DNA of 64,000 nucleotides. Source: Bacteroidota bacterium. GTDB lineage: Bacteria; Bacteroidota; Bacteroidia; Palsa-948. The position numbers and the translations under genes were made by a program. Location of the stretch: contig JACRAM010000057.1 in assembly GCA_016213405.1 (NCBI GenBank), forward strand, positions 27,773-91,772, written 5' to 3'. The notes under the pieces are model-generated. The model was not told where the DNA came from, made no database searches, and saw only the letters and a program-made list of their open reading frames with translations. Of this stretch, positions 27,996-38,665 are shown one piece after another. How positions within the stretch are numbered: the stretch's first letter is position 1; the number at the start of each line of letters is the position of its first letter.

Positions 27996-30269
27996 TCACT
28001 CTAAGAGTCTGCGGAGTTTATCTATGGATTCACGGTTTTCAGGAAGGTCAATAGAGTTTGCAACTTTTTGTTTTTCGTGATTGGTAAGATGCCATGAAAG
28101 AGAAATCTTGTCTGGAACTTCATTCTTCAGGTCAAAATCAACAATATCAATCTGCCCGTTGAACCACGAGCTGATAAATTCAATTTCCTGGCTCTGAGTG
28201 AAATCCTGCATATAAAAAAGATTTCCGTAAAAACTTCCTAGAGGGCGGGTGAGAGCACCCATCATAGTGGGCAAAGGATTTTCTTCTATGGGAAACTCTT
28301 TGTGCCTGTCACGGATTTGTATGATGACAACTCCACTGGTATTTGTTTCTATCCAATTTTTGAAAACATATAAATATTTCAACGCCACTTCTATTCCGTA
28401 ATTATCACGCATGCCAGCATCCATTATTTCGATGGCGGGCTCGCTGGGCAGAGAAACTATCGGTGTGATGTAAGGAAAGGTTGAACTCATCCTCAAAACA
28501 CTTGTAAATAAAATGCTGTCGGCACTTTGTTTTCTGAAGAAGCGGGAAAACTCGATCCCATCATTCAGCTGTGTAACATGGAGATTTGCAGTTTTCGCGT
28601 TCTGCGTTAGAAATGAAACAGGAAGTGACGAAACAATAAGCTTTCTTCCGTCATTTACAATCGTTGGAGAAAAAATCATCATCGGCACAATCGCTTCTGA
28701 TTCTACTAATCGGTAATCAAATAATCGCTTTCCTTCAAAAACATTTCCCAGATTTTCATCCATCCGCTCTTCAAAAACATAACCTCTGTCCTTATTGTAC
28801 TTATATTTTCCATAGCTTACTTTTTGTAAAGAAAGAAACCAATCGCTGGTGGCAATGCTGAAGGCAACTGAATTCAAAATATCTTTTGAGACATCAGAGA
28901 GATAATTTTGGCTATAGAGATTTGCTTTGCCCGATTGACTTTGCCAGTAACGTTCACGCAAATAAGCAGCGCCAATCATTCCGCCAGAGGCACCGGTAAT
29001 GAGTGCAATATGTTTCATTAATTCACCTTGCAATAAACTATCTGCAAACTGCAAAGATTGAAAAGTCCACAGGGAAGAACGAAGTCCGCCACCGCTTGTG
29101 CATACTATTACAAACTTTGGTTTTTCATTTTTTTCTAACGTTGATTTCAGGTTTTTCAATCTCCATTTATTCAGAATCTCAATCATATTTTTGAAATCAG
29201 CAGCGGCTGTATCTTTCTGCGAAGCAAATTCATTCAGGCGTTTGTTGTTAAAAATAGCTTTTTCAGTTTCGTAATTTAAACCATATACTTTATTAATGTT
29301 ATTGAAAAAATCAAATTGATATAAATAATTCAGGACAACCATAAACAGAAGAAGTACTACCGGAGCCCATCCTTTAAAAATAGTATACAAGGGAACAGGA
29401 AGCATGATGAGCATAGTGAGCAAAAGAAAAACACTAGCACCTGCGGGGAACATGAGAAAAGGCACTTCACGAAAAAATCCAAATCCGAGCAGCGTGATTA
29501 TTGCAATGGAAGAATATATTCCAGCATTCCTGTAATTCTGGCTAAAAACCTTTTTAAGCATCTCGCGCTTATAGTGCCGCACAGCACGAACCAGACGGAC
29601 GCGAAATAAATTACTCAGATACGTTTCTACATACCAGTCGCGGGATTCTTTTATAAGGTAGGGGTTTTTCCACGAATCACTTCTTTTCTGAAAACGCTGA
29701 AGCAGTTTCGTATCTTTTTCTTCCTGTGGTTTCACACCAAACATTCTGTGAATGTCTTTATTCGTCCTGAAAAAATATAAAAGAGTTACCACCACAAATA
29801 AAGTAAACCCACCAAGAAATCCTCCAACAAAAGTCATAATCTCAGTGACAGAATAAATTTGTTCGCCTCTGAGAAATGAAATAATGTTCCACACATAAAC
29901 AAAAAGGAAAACACACGGAATAATGTAATTATTGATGCAATATTTTGTAAACGGGTGTGAAAGCGTGGCAAGAAAAGGAAAGCGAAAACTGTTAAGTATA
30001 TAACTGGCAATATTGAATGCCATGGTGAATCCTCCGCAGGCAAAGCCAACGATAAAATAAGAAAGTGCAGAAACCTCATCAAGATATTCAGGATTCAGGA
30101 ATAAATAAGGAATTCCATAGCGGGGAGCAAACGACTGGGTAACGATACCAAAAAGCAAACCCCAGATGGAAAGAAGGAGAATATTTTTTTTCAGATGAAG
30201 AAAAAGCAACTGGAATGGGAAAAAGAAAATAAACCGTCTAAAACTTGGATGCAGAAATAATTTTTTCAT
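27996..30269 (-). CDS. Membrane protein with C-terminal patatin-like phospholipase domain
   Basis: Multiple N-terminal TMs; GGGLRS, GASGG and DAG motifs. Confidence 0.8.
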   Translation of the reverse strand: MKKLFLHPSFRRFIFFFPFQLLFLHLKKNILLLSIWGLLFGIVTQSFAPRYGIPYLFLNPEYLDEVSALSYFIVGFACGGFTMAFNIASYILNSFRFPFLATLSHPFTKYCINNYIIPCVFLFVYVWNIISFLRGEQIYSVTEIMTFVGGFLGGFTLFVVVTLLYFFRTNKDIHRMFGVKPQEEKDTKLLQRFQKRSDSWKNPYLIKESRDWYVETYLSNLFRVRLVRAVRHYKREMLKKVFSQNYRNAGIYSSIAIITLLGFGFFREVPFLMFPAGASVFLLLTMLIMLPVPLYTIFKGWAPVVLLLFMVVLNYLYQFDFFNNINKVYGLNYETEKAIFNNKRLNEFASQKDTAAADFKNMIEILNKWRLKNLKSTLEKNEKPKFVIVCTSGGGLRSSLWTFQSLQFADSLLQGELMKHIALITGASGGMIGAAYLRERYWQSQSGKANLYSQNYLSDVSKDILNSVAFSIATSDWFLSLQKVSYGKYKYNKDRGYVFEERMDENLGNVFEGKRLFDYRLVESEAIVPMMIFSPTIVNDGRKLIVSSLPVSFLTQNAKTANLHVTQLNDGIEFSRFFRKQSADSILFTSVLRMSSTFPYITPIVSLPSEPAIEIMDAGMRDNYGIEVALKYLYVFKNWIETNTSGVVIIQIRDRHKEFPIEENPLPTMMGALTRPLGSFYGNLFYMQDFTQSQEIEFISSWFNGQIDIVDFDLKNEVPDKISLSWHLTNHEKQKVANSIDLPENRESIDKLRRLLE

Positions 30270-30301
30270 ACTCTCTTTTACGGAACAAAACCGAATTAGT
30301 T

Positions 30302-31936
30302 TCAGATTTTCGCTCTGATAATGGCAAGAATTTTTATTTCCATTTTTTTCGCATTATCTTCAATTCTTTTGCCTTTCTGTACAATACTTCGCGCAAAATT
30401 CTTGTCCGATAAACCTTTTGCATTGATTTTCACGTTGAGGTAAGCACCCAGCACCGCGCTTCTAACACAGAGTGCTCCCACTCCTGCGTCAGAAATAGAA
30501 TTAGGATTTCCATATCGCACCATTGCTTCAATGATTTCCATTGACTCATAGCACAACTTCATTACACTGAAAGGAACTTCAGTTGCGTATTTCGTTGCAG
30601 ATTGAATTTCCTTTTCTCTCGCTTTCTTTTCTTCTGCACTGGCTCTCGGCAAACTGAATGCGCTCATGATTTTATTGAAAGCATTTGTATCTTCATCTAC
30701 TAGTTTCAAAAGTTCATCTTTTACTTTCTGCCCTTTCTCAGCCCATTTTGAAAATTCTTCCCACTGCTCGTCCCAGCCTTTCTTGTGTGAAGAAAGATTC
30801 GCCACCATTGTTCCGAGGGAAATTCCAAGCGCACCGATGTATGCTGAAATGCTTCCACCGCCCGGGGCAGGACTTTCACTTGCCGTTTCATCAGCGAAAT
30901 CGCTGAGAGACATTCCGATTAAATTCATTTTGTTTTTGTCTGTGAGTTGATATTCGATTATTCGTTCTTCCGGTTTGAAAGGTTTGAGTTCATCTAACCC
31001 GAGTGACTTCACAGCAATCTTTATTAATTCTTTTTCTGAAATACCGACAGAACGATTTTGTTTTTTCAGAAAATATTTTCCTGCATCAAGTAATGATTGC
31101 AATGGAATTAATCCTACAAGTTCAGAACCAGTCACACGCATTCCCCGATTGTTTGCGCTTTTTACGCATTCATCAAACGCAACGTGAACAGGAGTGATGT
31201 TGATGTTGGTGAGATTCATGCTTACCTGAGCGATTCCGTATTCCGCAATGTACCAGCCGATTCCTTTCACAGCTTTACATGTGCCAGGATGAACTACATC
31301 ATTTACTTTTCTTCCTGCCTCACGAACATCAAATGCAACAGAATTTGCTCTGCGAATAGAAGTCGTATTCAGATTCACATTGTACGCAACTAAAAATTCT
31401 CTTGCGCCAATTACAATTGCTCCTCGTTTTGGATCATATTCTGCCGGACCAAAATCAGGTTTCCATTCTGTTTTTTTAATCTTTTTAAAAAATCCTTCGT
31501 ACTCTCCTTCGCGGATGATAGCAAGATTTTTTCGGGCAGGATTCTTTTGAGCATGTTCATATAAATAAACAGGAATCTTCAATTCTTTTCCTACACGCTC
31601 GGCAAGTATCTGCGCGAACTTCGCAGTCTCTTCCATAGAAATTCCGAAAATGGGAATGAACGGGCAAACATCTGTTGCACCCATGCGGGGATGCTCACCT
31701 TTGTGCTTGCTCATGTCAATGAGTTCTCCTGCTTTTTTGATGGCGTTGAAACATGCTTCAACGCAGACATCGGGTGCTCCGACAAAAGTCACCACCGTTC
31801 TATTCGTTGTTTTGCCCGGATCAACATTCAGAAGTTTTGCACCTTCCACTTTTTTAATCTCGTCAGTGATTTGCTTGATGATGGACAAATCATTTCCTTC
31901 GGAAAAATTGGGAACACATTCAATAAGTTGTTTCAT
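30302..31936 (-). CDS. ftcD: Glutamate formimidoyltransferase/formiminotetrahydrofolate cyclodeaminase
   Basis: IECVPNFSEG, HPRMGATDVCPF, SPAPGGGS. Confidence 0.93.
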   Translation of the reverse strand: MKQLIECVPNFSEGNDLSIIKQITDEIKKVEGAKLLNVDPGKTTNRTVVTFVGAPDVCVEACFNAIKKAGELIDMSKHKGEHPRMGATDVCPFIPIFGISMEETAKFAQILAERVGKELKIPVYLYEHAQKNPARKNLAIIREGEYEGFFKKIKKTEWKPDFGPAEYDPKRGAIVIGAREFLVAYNVNLNTTSIRRANSVAFDVREAGRKVNDVVHPGTCKAVKGIGWYIAEYGIAQVSMNLTNINITPVHVAFDECVKSANNRGMRVTGSELVGLIPLQSLLDAGKYFLKKQNRSVGISEKELIKIAVKSLGLDELKPFKPEERIIEYQLTDKNKMNLIGMSLSDFADETASESPAPGGGSISAYIGALGISLGTMVANLSSHKKGWDEQWEEFSKWAEKGQKVKDELLKLVDEDTNAFNKIMSAFSLPRASAEEKKAREKEIQSATKYATEVPFSVMKLCYESMEIIEAMVRYGNPNSISDAGVGALCVRSAVLGAYLNVKINAKGLSDKNFARSIVQKGKRIEDNAKKMEIKILAIIRAKI

Positions 31937-31948
31937 AGTGAAAAAATA

Positions 31949-33205
31949 TTATGCAAAACTAACTATAAATTTTCTCAGTGTATTGTAATTGGATTTTTTA
32001 AATAAAGAATATAATTTTGCTGCTGAAATAAGTGCTAAAAAAATCAACAACGGTTCAATAAGTAATCGGTGTCTTGTTTCAACATAAAAAAAAGCATGAA
32101 AAAGTGACAATGCTACAGGCATGGTCATCAGGATCCATGTTTTTCTAATAAAAAAGCAAGATGTAAATGCAAGAATCAAGATAGTCAAAAAGAAAAATTT
32201 ATAAAAAGGAATGAACTGCTGAATGAAAAATGGGTATTCATTCCCAATCAGTTTTCTGAACATCCAAAAATTCTTCAACTTAAGCAAATAAAGTTTCAAA
32301 TAACCAGATGGGTTTTCTTTAACATTTTTAACAAACTTATTAATAAAAAAATCATTTTGACCAGCTGGAGTAAGAGTGCCAATATAGTTCACGTCTTTTG
32401 TTGACAGCGCACTGTAATAATTCAAACCTGAGTTCAAATAATTACTGCCTTCTGAATCAGGAATTGATCCTTTCCATAAATCCCTGCCAGATGAAGCAAA
32501 TCCAACAATATTATCCTTGTGAAAATTTCTTATCAACCAGGGAGCATTGACAAAACCTGTCACTAAGAAAAGAATAAATGTATTTCGAGTCAAGCGCAAA
32601 AAACCAAAACGATTTTTACTGAGAATCAGAAAAGGCAGAATAGAAATTGCAAGCGTAGTTCTATCCATTACGGCAAAACCAAATGCAATTGCATACAAAA
32701 AAAGATTTTGAAAATTATTTTTTTCTAAAAATCTGAACATCAGAAAATTTAAAAGAGTAAAAAAGAAAAGATTTTCAATGAATGGATGGATTTTTAAAAA
32801 AATGTAATAATTAATAATGGGATGTAGGAGAAAAATAAGTACAGATATTTTCACAATAGTGCCTGAATATTTTTTTAAACTTTCATTCAAATTAAAGACA
32901 CCCAGCCATTTCTGAAATACACATGGCAGCATAAACGCAGTAAGCATGTTAAGAAAAATATGATACAGAATAACACAGAACAGGTTGATATTGCTGATCT
33001 TATAAATCATAAATAACATGAATGGGTAAATAGGAAACTGAAAACTGTAATGACGAGCGCCATCACAATCATAAAAAAAATTACCTGTTTTTAAAAGATT
33101 AACTGCAATATCATGGTCTTCGTAAAGAAAAATATCCTGCTTAATCAATAAACTAAAAATAATTTTTATCGCTGTTAATAATAAAATGATTAGAGTGAAT
33201 CTCAT
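31949..33205 (-). CDS. AT-rich polytopic membrane protein, GT-C (ArnT/PMT-like) glycosyltransferase
   Basis: Many TMs; FPIYPF, PWLIRN, ETRHRLLIEP motifs. Confidence 0.65.
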   Translation of the reverse strand: MRFTLIILLLTAIKIIFSLLIKQDIFLYEDHDIAVNLLKTGNFFYDCDGARHYSFQFPIYPFMLFMIYKISNINLFCVILYHIFLNMLTAFMLPCVFQKWLGVFNLNESLKKYSGTIVKISVLIFLLHPIINYYIFLKIHPFIENLFFFTLLNFLMFRFLEKNNFQNLFLYAIAFGFAVMDRTTLAISILPFLILSKNRFGFLRLTRNTFILFLVTGFVNAPWLIRNFHKDNIVGFASSGRDLWKGSIPDSEGSNYLNSGLNYYSALSTKDVNYIGTLTPAGQNDFFINKFVKNVKENPSGYLKLYLLKLKNFWMFRKLIGNEYPFFIQQFIPFYKFFFLTILILAFTSCFFIRKTWILMTMPVALSLFHAFFYVETRHRLLIEPLLIFLALISAAKLYSLFKKSNYNTLRKFIVSFA

Positions 33206-34443
33206 GTTTGGATTTTTCCATTAAGGATAACAATGCCAATTAAATCATTCGCAAAAGAATATGGAATGAATGAATAGTCAGGAATTTCTTTGGTAATGAA
33301 AATATTCGCCTGCTTTCCTATGGCAATGCTTCCGTGTGTTGCGGATAAATTCATTGCGAAAGCGGAATTTATTGTTGCTGCATTAATCGCTTCTTCAGGC
33401 GTGAGTTTATAATGAACGCAGGCATGAGCAACCATAAAGTTCATATTTCCGCTTGGAGATGAGCCAGGATTGTAATCAGAAGCAATAGCAAGAGGCAAAC
33501 CAGCGTCAATCATTTTGCGTGCAGGCGGATATTGCAGGCAGAGAAAATACTGCGCACCCGGAAGAATGGTTGGCATAGTTTCGGATTTTTTCAGAAGAGA
33601 AATATCATTGTCATTCACAAATTCAAGATGATCAACTGAAATACCACCGCATTCAACTCCTGCCTCAACTCCACCGCTGTGGCTCAACTGTTCCGCATGA
33701 ACTTTTCCTTTCAGTCCGAATTTATTTGCAGCTGTAAGAATTTTTATCGTGTCTTCTTTCATAAAATAATCTTTCTCGCAGAACACATCGCAATAGTCAG
33801 CCAGTTTTTCTTCTGCGATCTGCGGAAGCATTTCATTTATAATTGCATCAATATATTTTTCTTTTGTCGTGCCTGATGGAACTGCATGTGCACCTAAAAA
33901 AGTTGCTTTAATGGTGAGCGGGGAAAGTGTTTTCAGTTTTTTTATCACGCGCAGCATTTTCAATTCCGATTCAAGAGAAAGTCCGTAACCGCTTTTGATT
34001 TCCACTGCACTAGTTCCGGTCATCATGATTTCATTCAGCCGTTTCAAAGCGGATTGAATCAATTCTTCTTCCGAAGCTTCATTAAGTTTTTTTGCGGAGT
34101 TCAGAATTCCTCCACCACGTTTTGCAATTTCTTCATAACTCAAACCATTTATCCTGTCCACAAATTCTTTTTCGCGCGAGCCGGCAAAAACAATGTGCGT
34201 GTGTGAATCGCACCAGCAGGGAAAAACGAGTTTGTCGGTTGCGTCAATCACCTGCAGACTGCTCCAGTCAGTAATGCCGGGAAAATCTTTCATTTCGCCA
34301 AAATCTGCAATCTTATCATCTTTAATTGCCAGCCATGCGTTTTCAAGACAAGGAAGTTTTTTCATCTCAACGCCAGAAACTTTTTTAATTCCGCTTTCGC
34401 GAACTTGAACGAGTGATTTTATATTTTTTATTAAAATCTTCAT
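33202..34443 (-). CDS. hutI: Imidazolonepropionase
   Basis: DSHTH, EIKSGYGL, FLGAH, HAEQL, DHLE, SDYNPGSSP. Confidence 0.93.
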   Translation of the reverse strand: MKILIKNIKSLVQVRESGIKKVSGVEMKKLPCLENAWLAIKDDKIADFGEMKDFPGITDWSSLQVIDATDKLVFPCWCDSHTHIVFAGSREKEFVDRINGLSYEEIAKRGGGILNSAKKLNEASEEELIQSALKRLNEIMMTGTSAVEIKSGYGLSLESELKMLRVIKKLKTLSPLTIKATFLGAHAVPSGTTKEKYIDAIINEMLPQIAEEKLADYCDVFCEKDYFMKEDTIKILTAANKFGLKGKVHAEQLSHSGGVEAGVECGGISVDHLEFVNDNDISLLKKSETMPTILPGAQYFLCLQYPPARKMIDAGLPLAIASDYNPGSSPSGNMNFMVAHACVHYKLTPEEAINAATINSAFAMNLSATHGSIAIGKQANIFITKEIPDYSFIPYSFANDLIGIVILNGKIQT

Positions 34444-34496
34444 AGCAGATTGAAGGCGAAGTTAATAAATAGAAGGGATTGTGTATTTTTGCTTCC

Positions 34497-35588
34497 ATGT
34501 CAAACACCCTCGGCAAAATATTTTCACTTACCACTTTTGGAGAATCGCACGGAGTTGCGTTGGGCGGTGTGATTGATGGCTGTCCTGCCGGGTTAGCAAT
34601 TGATTTGGATTTTATTCAATCCGAACTTGACCGCAGAAGACCGGGACAATCCAACATTGTTTCGCAGCGGAAAGAAGGCGACAAAGTAGAATTCCTCTCT
34701 GGAATTTTTGAGGGCAAGACCACAGGAACTCCTATTGGCTTCATCATCAAAAACGAAAATCAAAAACCTCTAGACTACGATCATCTGATTGATGCGTATC
34801 GTCCTTCACACGCAGATTTTACCTACGATAAAAAATACGGCATCCGCGATCACAAAGGCGGAGGAAGAGCATCGGCACGTGCTACTGTTTCAAGTGTTGT
34901 TGGAGGAGCGATTGCAAAACTTCTTCTTAATAAGTCAGGAATTAAAATTTCTGCTTACACTTCGCAAGTTGGAGATATAAAACTTTTGAAAGATTATCAC
35001 ACGCTTGATTTATCTAAGACAGATTCCAACGCAGTGCGTTGTCCCGATGAGTTGATTGCCGACACGATGATTAAAAAAATTGAGCAGGTGAGAAAAGATG
35101 GCGATACGATTGGTGGAGTAATTTCCTGCATCGCGCAAAATATTCCGGTTGGTTTGGGCGAACCCATCTTTGACAAACTTAACGCAGAGTTAGGAAAAGC
35201 AATGCTTGGCATTAACGCAGTGAAAGGTTTTGAAATAGGAAGCGGATTTGAAGGCGTGAAGATGAAAGGAAGCGAGCACAATGACCAATTTCAAATTACG
35301 AATGACAAATTACGAATGACGAATATAAGAACCAAAACAAATTTCTCAGGAGGAATTCAAGGAGGAATTTCCAACGGAGAAGATATTTTTTTCACAGTAG
35401 CGTTCAAACCTGTTGCAACAATTATGCAAAAGCAAATGACAGTGAATTCAAAAGGAGAAGAAGTGGAGTTGATGGGAAAAGGTCGGCATGACCCTTGCGT
35501 TCTTCCCCGTGCGGTGTCGATTGTGGAGGCGATGTGCGCTCTGGTTCTGGCTGACCATTTGCTAAGGCACAGATGCACACAGATGTAA
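34497..35588 (+). CDS. aroC: Chorismate synthase
   Basis: [39 protein letters not shown]. Confidence 0.95.
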   Translation: MSNTLGKIFSLTTFGESHGVALGGVIDGCPAGLAIDLDFIQSELDRRRPGQSNIVSQRKEGDKVEFLSGIFEGKTTGTPIGFIIKNENQKPLDYDHLIDAYRPSHADFTYDKKYGIRDHKGGGRASARATVSSVVGGAIAKLLLNKSGIKISAYTSQVGDIKLLKDYHTLDLSKTDSNAVRCPDELIADTMIKKIEQVRKDGDTIGGVISCIAQNIPVGLGEPIFDKLNAELGKAMLGINAVKGFEIGSGFEGVKMKGSEHNDQFQITNDKLRMTNIRTKTNFSGGIQGGISNGEDIFFTVAFKPVATIMQKQMTVNSKGEEVELMGKGRHDPCVLPRAVSIVEAMCALVLADHLLRHRCTQM

Positions 35589-35594
35589 ACTGAT

Positions 35595-36185
35595 TCAGAA
35601 GGATTTATTTATTAGCCAACTTTTTACAAATTCTTTCGCTTGAGGCAAAAACTGATTGAATTCATTTTCGAATTCGGAATAATACTTTTTCAAATCCTCC
35701 GAGGCAAATTCCATATTTGATTTGAAAGTAGTTCTCCTGCTCATTCCATAAAGCGCATCCCCTATTCCCTCAATGCTTGCATACGAAACAAACAAATTGG
35801 TCCTGAAAGCGTATTTCAGAAACATCAACGACTTTTCAGGAAAATGAAAAACATTTTTTAACATCAGCGAATGAACTTCGTCTGCGTATTGCTCCAGCGG
35901 TTTGCCGGAATAATCCATCCAGTTCTTTGCAAGGAAGTGGTCATAAAAAATATCCACGATAACGCCTGCGTACTTCCTGTAGTTGGGGCGCAGCCGCTCA
36001 ACACTTTTTAAAAATACAGGATGATTGTCAGAATAATAATCAATAGCTCGATGAAGCAGGATTCCTTTTTTGATTCCATCAGGAAACTTCTGATAAGCAC
36101 TTCCCTTCACCGAATCAGCAATGAAGTTGCCGATCATCAGTTGCTCATCGTTGCCGGAGAGATATAAATGCGCGAGGAAGTTCAT
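35595..36185 (-). CDS. acpH: Acyl carrier protein phosphodiesterase
   Basis: MNFLAHLYLS, GNFIADSVKG, HRAID, DIFYDHFLA. Confidence 0.9.
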   Translation of the reverse strand: MNFLAHLYLSGNDEQLMIGNFIADSVKGSAYQKFPDGIKKGILLHRAIDYYSDNHPVFLKSVERLRPNYRKYAGVIVDIFYDHFLAKNWMDYSGKPLEQYADEVHSLMLKNVFHFPEKSLMFLKYAFRTNLFVSYASIEGIGDALYGMSRRTTFKSNMEFASEDLKKYYSEFENEFNQFLPQAKEFVKSWLINKSF

Positions 36186-36258
36186 AACTCTACGAATGTA
36201 CCATTTAACAAATATTAAATCTTAAATATTACATATTACTTTATATTCGCAAAGAATT

Positions 36259-36990
36259 ATGCTTACGCTTTTCAAAAAAGAAATTCGCGCTTTCCTGAGT
36301 TCCCTCATCGGCTATATTGCCATCTGCGTTTTTCTTTTACTCATCGGATTGTTTTTGTGGATACTTCCAACGGATTCAAACATTCTCAACAACGGATACG
36401 CAGGACTTGACGCACTTTTCTCCCTCGCTCCATGGGTTTTTCTTTTCCTGATTCCTGCCATCACCATGCGTTCATTTGCAGATGAAAAAAAAGCGGGTAC
36501 GATAGAATTTCTTTTAACAAAACCTCTCACCGACTTGCAAATCATCCTCGCAAAATATTTCGCAAGCGTTACACTGGTACTTGTTTCTTTGCTTCCTACT
36601 CTCATTTATTACTACACGATTTACAAACTCGGAAATCCTGTCGGCAATATTGATTCAGGCGGAACATGGGGCTCTTACATCGGGTTGTTTTTTCTGGCTT
36701 CTGCTTTCTCTGCTATAGGAATTTTTGCTTCCTCGCTATCCGATAACCAAATCGTTGCATTCATTCTCGCAGTGTTTCTTTGCTTTTTTCTCTACATCGG
36801 TTTTGAATACATCAGCATGCTTGATTTGTTCGGAAAGGTGGATGATTTTATTCTCTCGCTAGGTATCAACGACCATTATACATCCATGAGCCGCGGGGTA
36901 ATTGATACGCGCGATGTGATTTATTATCTAAGCATAATCGGGATTTTTATTTTACTCACGAAAACAACTCTTGAAAGCCGAAAGTGGTAA
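36259..36990 (+). CDS. gldF: Gliding motility ABC transporter permease GldF
   Basis: PAITMRSFADEKKAGTIE.LLTKP, SMSRGVIDTRD. Confidence 0.9.
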   Translation: MLTLFKKEIRAFLSSLIGYIAICVFLLLIGLFLWILPTDSNILNNGYAGLDALFSLAPWVFLFLIPAITMRSFADEKKAGTIEFLLTKPLTDLQIILAKYFASVTLVLVSLLPTLIYYYTIYKLGNPVGNIDSGGTWGSYIGLFFLASAFSAIGIFASSLSDNQIVAFILAVFLCFFLYIGFEYISMLDLFGKVDDFILSLGINDHYTSMSRGVIDTRDVIYYLSIIGIFILLTKTTLESRKW

Positions 36991-38663
36991 TGAAAAAACG
37001 AAAAGACATAATTCAATTGTTCCTGAGCATCGCCATTATAGTGCTCGTGAATTTCATTGCTACATTTTTCTTTTCCCGCTTTGATTTAACTTCCGACAAA
37101 CGCTACACGCTTTCTCCCGCCACCAAAGCAATGCTCGGAAAACTGGATGACATTATTTATTTTAAAGTTTATTTAGACGGAGATTTGCCCGCAGCATTTG
37201 ACCGTCTGAAAACTTCTACAAAAGAAATGCTGGACGAAATGCGAGTGTACTCACACGGAAACATCGAGTATCAGTTCATAAACCCTCTCGAAAGCAACGA
37301 GAAGAAAAAACAGGATGACATTATCCGCCAGTTGATGCAGAAAGGTCTTGTGCCAACCGATATTCAATTGAATGAAAAGGCGGGAATGACTCAGCAGACA
37401 ATTTTCCCCGCTGCGCTCGCAACTTATCGCACGCGGGAATTTCCGGTGCAGCTCTTCAAAGAGCAAATAGGCACCCCGAGTGATTTACAGCTTAATAATT
37501 CCATCCAATCGCTGGAGTATGAACTCATTTCTGCCATCCGAAAGTTAACCATAAATGTAAAAGAAAAAATAGCTTTTACGGAAGGGCATGGAGAATTAGA
37601 CTCAACCGATGTGGCAGACATTACTACATCTCTTGCCGATTATTACACCATGAGCAGAATTAAACTTGAAGGAAAAATTAAAAATATAGAAGAAATAAAT
37701 AAACTGCAGACCATTATCATTGCGAAGCCTGATTCGGTTTTCTCAGAGCAGAACAAATTCATCATTGACCAGTTCATCATGCAAGGCGGAAAAGTACTTT
37801 GGCTGGTGGATGGCACCTATGCCAGCATGGATAGTTTGACCCGATCTCCGGAAACGTTCGCGCTTGCCATGCCCCTTAATCTCGAAAGCCAGCTCTTCAA
37901 ATACGGTGCGCGCATCAATGCAAACCTTGTGATGGACATGCGCTCTGGTGTTATACCGGTTCCTGTGAACAATAAATACCAACTGTTATCCTGGTTTCAT
38001 TTTCCGTTGCTTGCCCAAAGCAATAATCATCCGATTGTGAATAACATCAATCTTGTGAAAGGAGAATTTACAAGCACTGTTGATACGGTTAGCGTTTCAG
38101 GAATTAAGAAAACATTTTTACTATCAACTTCAAAATACACAAATGTTCAGAATGCTCCTGCGAGAATCGACATCCGAACTATTTTCAAGGAACCCGATGT
38201 CAGATTTTTTAATCAGGCATATAAAACCGTTGCCGTTCTGCTGGAAGGTGAATTTGAATCGCTATATAAAAATCACCCTCTGCCGGGAATTGATTCCATT
38301 CCGGAAATAAAATTCAGGGAAAAAAGTTCTCCCACTAAAATGATTGTAGTGGCAGATGGCGATGTGATAAAAAATGCCGTTCAACATTCCTCTGGCAGGG
38401 CTTATCCCTTGGGGTATGATATTTATTCCAAGCAAACGTATGGAAATAAAAATTTCATCCTGAATGCAGTTAATTATCTTTGCGATGATTCAGGATTGCT
38501 GGAAGTACGCTCACGCGAAATAAAATTAAGAATGATGGACAGGAAAAAAGTTACAGAAGAAAAATTCAAATGGCAGACGATGAATACCGCAGTGCCTCTT
38601 CTTCTTGTGATTGTTTTTGGAATTGTTCAGGCAATTATCCGTAAAAGAAAATTTGCAAATTAA
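36990..38663 (+). CDS. gldG: Gliding motility ABC transporter component GldG
   Basis: RFDLTSDKRYTLS, GHGE, DQFIMQGG, PLGYD...YGN..F.LNAVNYL. Confidence 0.9.
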   Translation: MKKRKDIIQLFLSIAIIVLVNFIATFFFSRFDLTSDKRYTLSPATKAMLGKLDDIIYFKVYLDGDLPAAFDRLKTSTKEMLDEMRVYSHGNIEYQFINPLESNEKKKQDDIIRQLMQKGLVPTDIQLNEKAGMTQQTIFPAALATYRTREFPVQLFKEQIGTPSDLQLNNSIQSLEYELISAIRKLTINVKEKIAFTEGHGELDSTDVADITTSLADYYTMSRIKLEGKIKNIEEINKLQTIIIAKPDSVFSEQNKFIIDQFIMQGGKVLWLVDGTYASMDSLTRSPETFALAMPLNLESQLFKYGARINANLVMDMRSGVIPVPVNNKYQLLSWFHFPLLAQSNNHPIVNNINLVKGEFTSTVDTVSVSGIKKTFLLSTSKYTNVQNAPARIDIRTIFKEPDVRFFNQAYKTVAVLLEGEFESLYKNHPLPGIDSIPEIKFREKSSPTKMIVVADGDVIKNAVQHSSGRAYPLGYDIYSKQTYGNKNFILNAVNYLCDDSGLLEVRSREIKLRMMDRKKVTEEKFKWQTMNTAVPLLLVIVFGIVQAIIRKRKFAN

Positions 38664-38665
38664 AT

